DNA of 64,000 nt from an uncultured Bacteroidota bacterium (GTDB taxonomy: Bacteria; Bacteroidota; Bacteroidia; UKL13-3), in NCBI GenBank assembly GCA_903910445.1, contig CAIVZR010000004.1:68340-132339 (forward strand), given 5' to 3'. The notes under the pieces were generated by a model that was not told where the DNA came from, ran no database searches, and was given only the letters and a program-made list of their open reading frames with translations. A program made the position numbers and the translations under genes. Below, in pieces: positions 10,801 through 20,600 of the stretch. Numbering within the stretch: the stretch's first letter is position 1; each line of letters opens with the position of its first letter.

Positions 10801-10951
10801 TATTTCCGATACGTGATGCAAGGATTTGAGTTTTGCCAGTACCTGGTCCGGCAATTACCATCACAGGCCCATAAATAGCGTCAACTGCTTTTTTTTGCAG
10901 ATTATTTAAACGAGCATATTCGTTTTCAAATTGTTCATGGTAATTTATCAT
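7835..10951 (-). CDS. UvrD/PcrA-type SF1 helicase fused to a C-terminal RecB-family PD-(D/E)XK nuclease with a Cas4/AddB-like cysteine cluster
   Basis: 1038 aa. Walker A GPGTGKT lies near the N-terminus. The helicase motifs include a DEYQDT-type motif II. The C-terminal domain has IVDYKTG (nuclease motif III) and a Q..Y motif, plus one upstream Cys (KCPVKF) and the terminal CNEDNCEWC triad, as in AddB/Cas4 Fe-S nucleases. Confidence 0.8.
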   Translation of the reverse strand: MINYHEQFENEYARLNNLQKKAVDAIYGPVMVIAGPGTGKTQILASRIGNILRSEDAQANADNILCLTYTDNGAVNMRQRLVKMIGPEAYRITISTFHSFCNSVIQGNQSLFGNSNLQSISDLEKVILMRKLIDKFPLNHPLKRYRGEVYYEVKNLQNLFETMEKENWTHEDIELGIAKEIEIIKADEKNYSKRGAKGLKKSVEEDIEKLEKTIPAAKEYDNYRKILEEENRYTYNDMILWVLKEFKENSDLLANYQELYQYILVDEYQDTNGAQNDLLWLLAGEDDNPNIFVVGDDDQAIFRFQGASSKTMLEFQKRFSKFLNQVVLTENYRSTQPILDVSRMLIDHNNDRLSNYIKNLNKHLIARAESNQETVFQVTEYINESQQTIAIAKQIKALQENKINLSDIAIIYRGHKEAESIIRYFDAENIPYNVKRNFNILQDVFIKKIITILKYISLESKRPHSAEHLLFEIMHYDFFEINSLDIARISIEIREQKRTEKNIFWREIISKISTDSISKKAIHTLSQDIEFWITNVFNLTLQQLVEKIIIRSGILSYIMLQQEKHWYMEMLNSFFQFLKDECEKTTSLNVHEFIARLELMDEVEVSLPLNRITNHSNGVNLTTAHGSKGEEFKYVFIINANQKIWGKASRKSGFAIPQNLFSDVEEFDPINDERRLFYVAMTRAKTNLNISYVSNGMDGKDQEKSIFIAEIEASTGLQAIKEKVSEEDVIHFQSVILADEEVPQITLFDHSYIDYLLQGYQMSVTHLNNYLKCPVKFYFNNILHVPMAKNESMEFGSAMHDVLQRIYFPSLSNPGEILTLENAYIQLDNYLIRHRESFTDEQFKRRSEFGKVLLNNIYPNYIEQSYKNVKLEKRFTNIPVEGIPLNGNLDKIEYYDTDVNIVDYKTGAYHKEKFARPHEKDSGKETYESKNGGDYWRQGVFYSLLIDNYKLEKMRFQSAEFVFIEHDKKTKENIREKIFVTNEDQEIVKNQIKTSWEKIHKHEFEIGCNEDNCEWCSFLKRTRKREKSPLMNLEDNQN

Positions 10952-11017
10952 GCAACAAATTAAGCGAAAAAGCAGTGAATCTGCCTTGTTACTTTTGAGT
11001 TAAAAAAATGTGTTGAT

Positions 11018-11254
11018 TTATTTTTGTGAAGCTTTGTATTTTCGCCAGAAGGCAAATGAAACAGCTCCTACCGAAAGCACTGGCACTGCAAGAAGATAAA
11101 GAATACCAATATTTAAACCGGCACCAATACTACTTCCGTTTTTTGCTCCAGTTTCAACAACAGTTTTACACATAGCACATTGTGCTTCTGCATCCAATAT
11201 TATTATTGAAAGTAATAGGGTAATAAAAATACGTAATAGGAAAGTATATTTCAT
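11018..11254 (-). CDS. Small exported/membrane protein with a CAMC motif (78 aa)
   Basis: It has a signal-peptide-like N-terminus (…ILDAEAQ), a CxxC motif directly after the predicted cleavage site, a C-terminal TM segment and a basic tail. Confidence 0.45.
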   Translation of the reverse strand: MKYTFLLRIFITLLLSIIILDAEAQCAMCKTVVETGAKNGSSIGAGLNIGILYLLAVPVLSVGAVSFAFWRKYKASQK

Positions 11255-11307
11255 TTGCTGCGAAATTAAGCTTTTTATTATTGCGACAAAAAAATCTTGG
11301 TCATTTT

Positions 11308-11622
11308 TTAGTATAGTTCATCAAGGGCATTTTGCAGTTCGTTGCGTGTATGCTGATCCTTTTGACTTGCAGCGAGTTCAATTCCTAGGCTATAAATTCT
11401 GATAGCGTCTTCATTATTAGGTTTTCTTTCTAGGAGCTTTCCTAATTGGTAATACATGGGCAAGTAATCAGCATGATTGGCCAATATCCATTGAAAGTAC
11501 TGTTCAGCTTGAGAATCATCTCCCGAACTTACATATTCCAGGGCGGCACCATAGCGTAAAAATGGGTCATTAGGCATTTGTTCAAGCATGGCAAGTATCT
11601 TGGTCAATCGTTCGGTGCTCAT
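11308..11622 (-). CDS. Small tetratricopeptide-repeat protein (about 104 aa)
   Basis: The 3' portion of the long track ORF is TPR-like (AALEYVSSGDDSQAEQYFQWIL..YYQLGKLLE..). The 5' portion of that ORF overlaps etfB in antisense, so I trimmed it to the internal ATG at 11622. Confidence 0.5.
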   Translation of the reverse strand: MSTERLTKILAMLEQMPNDPFLRYGAALEYVSSGDDSQAEQYFQWILANHADYLPMYYQLGKLLERKPNNEDAIRIYSLGIELAASQKDQHTRNELQNALDELY

Positions 11623-11749
11623 AGGATGGTTGATAAGTATATTAATTCTGTTATTCGAAGGAGTTTCAAGGCAATATAATTTTGTTATTTTTGCGCCGTT
11701 TTGAAAAACACAAAAGAAAGTTAAAACTTCTTTTAAAATTATTGCAAAT

Positions 11750-12484
11750 ATGAAGATTTTAGTTTGTTTAAGCGTAGTACCTGATACTACCACCAAAATT
11801 GCTTTCACTGAAAACGATACCAAATTTAATTCAACGGGAGTTACATGGATTATGAATCCGTATGATGAGATGGCTTTAACCAGAGCACTCGAACTTACCG
11901 AACAAGATGCCGGAACTGTTACAACGGTAACTGTTGGATTGGCCGATACCGATGCTGTGATACGCAAAGCGTTGGCTGTTGGAGCGAATGATGCAGTGCG
12001 TATTAACGCAGCACCGATGGATGCAATGCAAGTAGCTAAAGAAATTGCCAACTATGCGGCAAGCGAAGCATATGATTTAATTTTCACTGGACGTGAGAGT
12101 ATTGATTACAATGGTGGTTTGGTTGCTGGTTTACTTGGAGAGTTAATGCAATTGCCAAGTATTAATGTTGTAACAAAAATTGAATTGGATGGTAATAATG
12201 CAAAACTTGAAAGAGATATTGATGGTGGAAGAGAAGTAGTTAATTGTACAACACCACTCGTTTTAAGCGCTCAAAAAGAATTCGCCGAACCACGTATTCC
12301 AAATATGCGCGGCATTATGGCAGCACGTACCAAACCACTTAAAGTAGTGGAAGGGAGCGCACAAGGCAATACAAGCTTCACAAAATTCGAATTGCCTAAA
12401 CCTAAACAAGGTGTAAAAATGATTACAGCAGAAGAAGCTGGAACATTAATAGATTTATTGCATAACGAAGCAAAAGTTATTTAA
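11750..12484 (+). CDS. etfB: Electron transfer flavoprotein subunit beta
   Basis: It has the MKILVCLSVVPDTTTKI N-terminus and the full-length EtfB fold signature. It directly precedes etfA. Confidence 0.85.
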   Translation: MKILVCLSVVPDTTTKIAFTENDTKFNSTGVTWIMNPYDEMALTRALELTEQDAGTVTTVTVGLADTDAVIRKALAVGANDAVRINAAPMDAMQVAKEIANYAASEAYDLIFTGRESIDYNGGLVAGLLGELMQLPSINVVTKIELDGNNAKLERDIDGGREVVNCTTPLVLSAQKEFAEPRIPNMRGIMAARTKPLKVVEGSAQGNTSFTKFELPKPKQGVKMITAEEAGTLIDLLHNEAKVI

Positions 12485-12532
12485 TGAATTTTTTTCTAAT
12501 ATAATTTTCAATAGTTAAAAGAAGAGGTAAAA

Positions 12533-13471
12533 ATGAATTTAGTTTATATCGAAATAGCAGATAGCAACATTAAAAAATCAGGGATGGAAGCCTTGAATTT
12601 TGCTACAAAATTAGGCGGTGATGTTATTGCAATTAGTATTGGGGAAGTATCATCTACAATATTGGAAGAAGCAGGCAAATATGGCGCTAAGAGTGTGATT
12701 CATGTCGCACAAGTCGAATTTGAAAACAATACTTACGCATCAATTATTGCTGCCGCTGCCATTGAACTCAACGCAAATAATATCATTATTAGCAATAGCT
12801 ATACAGGCAAGTCAATTGCACCTCGTGTTGCCATAAAATTAAATGCTTCTATTGTTAGTGGTGTTACCGATCTTCCAGTAAATAATGAATTTAAAAAAGG
12901 AGTATTCTCTGGTAAAGCATTTGCATTTGTAAATGCAAGTGCAGAGAAGAGAGTGATTACTTTAACTCCCAACTCATTCACCATAGAAGTACTTGGAAGC
13001 AATGTAAGTGTTGTTTCAAATACTTATAAAATTTCAACTTGTGTAACTCAAACAAAATCGGTTGAGAAAATTAAAGCAGGGGGGAAGATCCCTTTAACGG
13101 AAGCAGAATTAGTAGTAAGTGCTGGTCGAGGAATGAAAGGCCCAGAACATTGGGGTATGATTGAAGAACTAGCCGATTTATTGGGTGCAGCAACGGCTTG
13201 CTCAAAGCCAGTAAGCGATATGCACTGGCGACCACATACAGAACATGTGGGGCAAACAGGTATAACAATCAAACCGAATTTATATATTGCGGTTGGAATA
13301 AGTGGCGCTATTCAGCATTTAGCAGGAGTTAGTAGCAGCAAAGTTATTGTAGCAATTAACAAAGATCCAGAAGCGCCATTTTTCAAAATTGCCGATTATG
13401 GAATTGTAGGTGATGCATTTGAGATTTTACCTCGAATTATTGAATCGGCAAAATCCTTGAAGAAAGGGTAG
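12533..13471 (+). CDS. etfA: Electron transfer flavoprotein subunit alpha
   Basis: 312 aa with the C-terminal FAD-binding region (…GISGAIQHLAG…). It is paired with etfB. Confidence 0.85.
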   Translation: MNLVYIEIADSNIKKSGMEALNFATKLGGDVIAISIGEVSSTILEEAGKYGAKSVIHVAQVEFENNTYASIIAAAAIELNANNIIISNSYTGKSIAPRVAIKLNASIVSGVTDLPVNNEFKKGVFSGKAFAFVNASAEKRVITLTPNSFTIEVLGSNVSVVSNTYKISTCVTQTKSVEKIKAGGKIPLTEAELVVSAGRGMKGPEHWGMIEELADLLGAATACSKPVSDMHWRPHTEHVGQTGITIKPNLYIAVGISGAIQHLAGVSSSKVIVAINKDPEAPFFKIADYGIVGDAFEILPRIIESAKSLKKG

Positions 13472-13476
13472 TACCT

Positions 13477-14052
13477 ATGAGCAAAAAAGTACAATTAAAG
13501 TTTTTCACTTTAATGGCTGGTCATACACACGGGTCATACAATCTTGTATTGCAAGAAATTGGAGGTTTGCGTAAGATTCCTATTATCGTAGGCACATTTG
13601 AAGCTCAATCAATTGCAACCGAAATCGAAGGTATAATACCGCAACGCCCCCTAACACACGATTTATTAGTCGCAATTCTCCATGGGTTAGATGTGGAGCT
13701 TAAAGAGGTTCTAATTTATGATTTGCAAAATGGGGTGTTTTTCTCACGACTCGTGCTTTCTAAGGCCGGACTAACCTACGAGATTGATGCGCGTACCTCC
13801 GACGCTATTGCCATTGCCCTGAGAACCAAATCGCCTATTTTTATTGAGTCTCACCTAATGATTGAAATTGGCATTGAAGAAAAAGAGTTTGAATCGGTAG
13901 AGAAAAGTGAAGCCCCATCCCGTCCCGCTAGCGGAAGTGATTATTCTCAATATTCAAAAGATCAACTCACGGCCATGCTTGAGGAGGCCGTTGAAGCTGA
14001 AGACTATATCAAAGCGGCACTTATTCGCGATGAATTGAACAAGGAAAAGTAA
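13477..14052 (+). CDS. Bifunctional nuclease (BFN/DUF151) domain protein with a C-terminal UVR motif
   Basis: 191 aa. The BFN core (…LTHDLLV…) is followed by a UvrB/C-like helix (EDYIKAALIRDELNK). Confidence 0.7.
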   Translation: MSKKVQLKFFTLMAGHTHGSYNLVLQEIGGLRKIPIIVGTFEAQSIATEIEGIIPQRPLTHDLLVAILHGLDVELKEVLIYDLQNGVFFSRLVLSKAGLTYEIDARTSDAIAIALRTKSPIFIESHLMIEIGIEEKEFESVEKSEAPSRPASGSDYSQYSKDQLTAMLEEAVEAEDYIKAALIRDELNKEK

Positions 14053-14530
14053 AATTCACCTGATTTTCCTAATCGTGCCAAATCCCTACGTTTTGTTGAA
14101 AAGTGCATAACTACTGAAAAATCCCCGTCCGTATATTTTTCCAAAACGGATTGCAATCATTTGTTTTTAGCTAAAATTGAAATAAATCACCTTTTTTTGA
14201 TATTTTTTTTATTAAAAATCAGGTGTATTTTATTTAGACACCCTTAGAATAATTAATTAATTTACAACAAAATAATATTGGTAGTTATTCACAATGGCTA
14301 TTCAATTGTACAGATTATTGAATTTTTTTTTGCGTGAATATTCGTTTTTTTTTATCAATTCGAACGTGTGTGTGTCTGAAACTATTACTATCATTGAATA
14401 GTTTGAATTTGTGGGTGTTTTTAACAATATTATTTAAACTATGAAATTATCTGTGATTTGAAAGGGTAAAAAGTGATATAAATCATGTGATTATTAGATA
14501 ATGCCAATATATCAACAAGCCAAAAAATAT

Positions 14531-14560
14531 TTTGTTATTACGATTAAATCTTTATTTTTG
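14531..14560 (+). promoter_or_regulatory. Candidate Bacteroidota sigma-A promoter (TTTG -33 element, 18-nt spacer, TATTTTTG -7 element) for the giant adhesin gene
   Basis: TTTG sits at 14531-14534 and TAttTTTG at 14553-14560, about 80 nt upstream of the ATG at 14640. The spacer is one nucleotide shorter than the usual 19-21. Confidence 0.3.
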
Positions 14561-14639
14561 CCACAACAAATAATGCAGGAACTAAATCTCTCCTGTTTAT
14601 TTGATTTTAATTTAAGAGTTAAAAATAATTTTTTTTAGT

Positions 14640-17600
14640 ATGATCAGATATTTATCTTTCAATCGAAATCTTTTTTACGCGTTCCTCTTTAGTTTAACCA
14701 TGCTTTTCGCAGGGTTGGATAGTGCGAATGCGCAATGTCCTGCCGCTACTTACACTGGTTCTGGCGGGCCTTACTGTGTTTCTGGATCTCCGGGCTTTAC
14801 CCTGCAATCCAATGCATCTAACCCTAATATCCAGAAATGGCAATACACCATTGACTTTGGATCTAGCTGGGTGGATATTCCAAGCTCGAACACGTCAACC
14901 TACACGCCGAGTGCTTTTCCTGGAGGATCTTATCAGATCATTTACTATCAAGCAATTATTGTTAACTGTTTAGGTTTTGGAGCGACTCCTCACCCAAGCA
15001 GTAGCCCTGCTGGTCCGATTACAGTTGTTCCCTTGCCAGTGGCGGGGTCTTTCTCGTTTACATCAGGTACCAATGCAACCTCAACTACAATTTGTAATGG
15101 TGGTACTGCTACATATGGTTTAACAGGTTCAAATAACTTATTAGATATTGCTGCAGGTGATATAGTAACTACCTCTTATTCAATTGCTAATTCAAATCCT
15201 AGTGTTGGTGGTACTTCAACTTTTACCCGTACATCAATCTCAACAGGTAATTTAGTAATTAACCCTACCAACGTAACATCCAGTATACAAACAACAACTT
15301 ATACGGTAACAGCTACAAACGGTACTTGTACCCCAGTAGATATCGGTTCAGTAACTGTTTGTGTTTACCCATCTATCTCAGGTGGTGTTATTGGAGTAAC
15401 CTCTGCAACAGTTTGTACAGGAACAAGTACTACTTTAAGTTTTACAACTTTACCTACTAATATAGTAGCTACTGCTGGATGTACTGGAACTACTTATGCG
15501 GTGACTTCCAATGCAGGTTCATTATCTGGATCTTGCGGAACAGTAACTGCAGGCATCGGTGGTACTTTTACTACTGGTAATGCTCCTGGTACAGTTACAT
15601 TAACTCCTACCAATACTACAAATGCTGTAAAAACAATACAATACACAGTAACTGCTACCAACGGTCCTTGTGCAAACGCTACCTATACTATTAATGTAGA
15701 TGTTGTTCCTAATATTGTAAATACAGGTATTTCAGTTGCAACTCCTACACCTACTATATGTAGTGGTCAAACTGCTACTGTGAATATCACCGGTTTAGCT
15801 TGTGCTACTGGTTATATTAATGGTTTAACTACTATTGTTGTTTCGGCTCCTACTTTTGGTGGTGCTGGTTCGGCTAATATGTCAGGTGGTGTAGCATCAT
15901 CAATTACTTATGCTGCTAACTCTGCTTCATTCACTGTTTCTCCTGCCATTTCACAATGTCAATCAGGAACAGCTCAATATTCTATTACTGCTCAAAACAG
16001 TCCTTGTTCTGCTCCAGTAACAATTGGTTCGGTAACAGTAACTGTTATGCCAGCAATTATTGCAGGTGCTACCGTTACAGGAACTAGCACAATTTGTACA
16101 GGTGCTTCTGTTAGTGCTACTACAACAGGTACTTGTGCTAATGGATACGGTGCTTTAACTTCTTATACACTAAGTGTTGCTTCTTCAGGAGCTAATATCA
16201 CTACACAAGGTTTACCAGGAACATTAACAAATGCTACTGGTAGTTTCACGGTTAATCCTACCAATCTAACTTGTAATAATTCAGGTAACACGATTACCTA
16301 TAATATTAATGCAATCAATAATGCAACTTGTTCTTCAGTATTAGCTGGATCTTTTACAGTTACAGTAACTCCTAATCCAGTAGTTAACGGACAAGTATTT
16401 TCAATTACTGCTCCAGTAACTATCGTTTGTAACGGTGCATCAACTACAATTACACCGAACAACGTTTGTGCTGGTGCAACATATAATTGGGAACGTCAAG
16501 TTAATGGAGGTGGTTATGCATTCTTCGGCAGTTTTGCAGGTCCTCTTTCAACTGCAGCAATGACTACAGCAGGATGCGCAATCAGCACATACGATTTCAG
16601 ATTGACTATCAATATTGGAACTTGTACTGCTGTTGCCAACTTGCCAACAATTACAGTATATCCTACAATCACTGCTTCAATATCTGCTGCAACAGCATCA
16701 ATATGTTCAGGTGGTGTTCCTAACTTCTCTTCATCTACAATTTCTTGTGATCAAGCGGGAGCTACTTATGAACTATTAGAAAACGGTACGCCAGTAGTTA
16801 CGAATACTACTAGCAAAGCTTCTTTCTTGACTGCAATTGGAACGTATGCTTCCCCAGTTAATTATACCTGCGGTAACGTAGTTTATAACTACTCAATCAG
16901 AGTTACTAATAATGCAGCAGCTGCTGGTTGTTCAGTTACTTCATCAACAACTGGAGTAACAGTTAGACCTGCTCCATCTAGCGGATCAGCTCTTGCAATA
17001 TCATTTACTTCTACACTTTCAGTTTGTACTGGTACCCCTGCAACTATCACAACCAATCGTTGTGCTGGAGCTACTGCTACCTGGGAAGTATCGGTTAGTG
17101 GTGGTGGTTTCCAAACTATCGCTTCTGCAGGTATCACCATGACTGATAATGGAGATGCTACCTATACAACCAATGGATTACCAACATCGGCTTGTTTAAC
17201 TACAACTTATGTATTTAGAGGTACATTCACATTGGGTACTTGTACTGCTATTGCTTCTACTTCAAATACTGTTTCAGTATTCCCTGCACCTACTTCTACT
17301 ACTTTAACTATCACTAGTACTTCAGGTACACTTTCTTCATCTACCAATGCAGATATTTGTACCGCTACTAATAGCACAGTGTTAACTTCAACTGTTCCTG
17401 CTTGCGGAAGCATCGTTCGTTGGGATTATTCATTAAACGGTGGAACTAGCTGGTCAGCTGTACCTTCTTCAGCTGCGAATTCTATCACAGTTACTAACGT
17501 TCCTCAAAACACAATCTATCGTGCAGTTATTTCTAATGGTGCACTTTGCGCAACTACTTTCTCTACTAATACTGTAAGTATTACTGTGAATGTGGTAGCC

Positions 17601-20600
17601 GGTGGAACACCTACTACTTCTACTCCAGCAATTTGTAACGGATCTTCTGCTACAATTACTTTAGGAGGTTATTTAGGAAATATCATCGATTGGCAATCAG
17701 CTCCAACTTCAGCTTTTGGTACAATTACATCTTTAGGCTCAACTGCTAATCCATTAACAGTTTCTCCTACTGCATCTATCTGGTATAGAGCTCAAATTGG
17801 TTCAGGAGTTTGTACAACGTTCTCAGCTGCAATTCAAATCAATGTTTATAATACTCCAACAAATACATTGGCTGCAGTTACATCTCCAGTATGTAGTTCA
17901 TCTGCTTCAGTATTAACATTAAGCAATACCAATTCAGTTGCAGGAGTTACTAACTACTCAATTGTATCTAATTATCCTTCTACAGGTTCTTCAGTTTACA
18001 ATTCAACTACTGCACCTACGAGTCCTTATACAGTGCCTACAGCCTATGTTAACCCTAATGGAGTTACCAATTACACTTATACTGTAACTACTTCTCCTTG
18101 TGCAAGTTCATCGGCTTCAGCATCAATCACTGTAAATCCAGTTCCAACCGTTACTTTAACTTCTGCTGCAGCTTCAATCTGTAATGGTGGTTCAACAAGT
18201 ATCACTGGAACTTCTACACCAGTTGTTGCGGGTACTACTACTTATACAATCACAGCTGCTCCAGGCGGAACATTATATGCAAGTTCAACAACTGCTCCAA
18301 CGTTCCCTTTCGCAGTGACTCCATCAGCTACTACTACATATACATATAGTGTAACAAATGGTGCTTGTGCTCCAGTAACAGCAACTTCTACTGTAACAGT
18401 TATTCCAGTTCCAACTGCAACGGTTACAGCATCATCTCCAATTTGTGCAAGCGCTAGTACAATTTTAACATTGTCTACTGGTAGCACCACAGCTGGAGTA
18501 ACAACTTACAAAATCACTTCTGATTATCCTTCAGCTAACTCTGATGTATATTCAACAAGTACTACGGCTCCAACAAGTCCTTTTACAGTACCTTCTACTT
18601 ATGTAAATCCTAACGGAGTTACGAATTATACATTTACTGTAATCTCGGCCCCTTGTACAACGGTTACTTCTTCAGTAGCAGTTACAGTGAATCCAGTACC
18701 TACAGTAACACTTGCTGCTGCAGCTTCTTCAATATGTAATGGTGGAACTACAACAATTACTGGTACATCTACCCCAGTTGTTGCCGGTACTACTACTTAC
18801 ACAATTACAGCTGCTCCAGGTGGAACATTGTATGCAAGTTCAACAACCGCACCTACTTTCCCTTTCACTGTTACTCCATCAGCTACTACTACATATACTT
18901 ATAGTGTAACAAATGGTGCTTGTGCTCCAGTAAGCGCAACAACAACAGTAACAGTAATTGCGGTTCCAACTGCTACAGTTACTTCAACTACACCTATATG
19001 TGCTACCACAAGTACAGTATTAACCTTGTCAACTACTAATACTACTGCAGGGTTAACTACATACAAAATCACTTCTGATTATCCTTCAGCTAACTCTGAT
19101 GTATATTCAACAAGTACAACAGCACCTACAAGCCCTTTCACTGTGCCAGCTGCTTATGTTAATCCTAACGGAGTAACTAACTATACTTACACAGTAATAT
19201 CTGCACCTTGTGGATCTGCAACTTCTACTTTTGCTGTTACAGTTCAACCAGCATCGGTTGGTGGTACAGTAAGTGCAAGTGCAACACAATGCTCTCCTGC
19301 TTCAGGTTCACTTACTTTATCAGGCAATACTGGTTCAGTAGTTAGTTGGGAATTCTCAACAAACGGTGGAACAAGCTGGACTACCATTGCAAACACTACT
19401 ACTACAAATGCTTATGTAGCAATTACTGCTACTACAATGTACAGAGCGGTTGTTCAAAATGGTGTTTGTGCTACAGCAAATTCATCAGCAGTTACAATTA
19501 CAGTAATTCCAGTTCCTACAGCTACAATTTCAACCACTGCTACTATTTGTGCTTCTACTAGCACCGTATTAACATTGGGTAGCACCAATGGAACTAGCGG
19601 ATTAACTACTTATAAAGTAACATCTGACTATCCAGCTGCTGGATCAGAAGTATATGCTACTAATACAGTGGCTCCTTCTAGTCCATTAACAGTTGACGCT
19701 ACTAATGTTAACCCGAACGGTGTTACAACGTATACTTACACAGTTACTTCAGCACCTTGTGGCGCTGTAACAGCAACTACTACTCAAACTGTGAATCCAA
19801 TTCCAGTAGTAACGCTAACTAATTCAAATGCAACAATTTGTAACGGTTCAAGTACTACGATCTCAGGAACTGCATCTCCAGTAGTAGCAGGAACAACTAC
19901 CTATACTGTTACTGCCGCTCCAGGGGGTACAATATATGCTAGTTCAACTACTGCTCCTAGCTTCCCATTAACAGTTTCTCCTGCAGCAACTACCATTTAC
20001 ACTTATACAGTAACTACTGGACCTTGTTCAGCTGTTTCTGCTACAACAACTGTAACTGTAGTTCCTGTACCTACTGCTTCTATTTCTTCACCTACTCCAA
20101 TCTGCGCTACTTCTAGCACAGTTCTAACTTTAGGTTCAACAAATACAACTTCAGGTGTAACTACTTACCAAATCACTTCTGATTATCCTTCTGCTGGATC
20201 TGTAGTTTATGCTACTAACACATCAGCACCTAACACACCGTATACTGTATCGTCTACTTATGTTAATCCAAATGGAGTAACTAATTATACCTACACAGTA
20301 ACTTCTGCTCCTTGTGGCGCTGTAACTGCAACAACTGCTGTAACAGTTCACCCAGTGCCTACAGTTACTTTAACTGGTGCTAATGCTTCAATCTGCGTTG
20401 GTTCATCTACAACGATAAGCGGAACTGCTACTCCTGTAGTTGCTGGAACTACTACTTATAAGATCGGAACAACTTCAGGTGGTTCAAATATTTATGCTTC
20501 TTCTACTACAGCACCTACTTTCCCTCTTACTGTAACTCCTGCAACAACCACTACATACTTCTATTCAGTATCTAATGGAGCATGTAGCCCAGTAATTGCA

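Noticed and set aside
11623-12051. The 5' two-thirds of the 247-aa minus-strand ORF 11308-12051
   Set aside because: This part overlaps etfB (11750-12484 +) in antisense and translates to low-complexity Ala/Ser/Thr/Val sequence. Only the 3' ~104 codons, from the internal ATG at 11622, look like a real TPR protein.
12799-13272. Three minus-strand ORFs inside etfA
   Set aside because: These are antisense shadow ORFs within a highly conserved gene.
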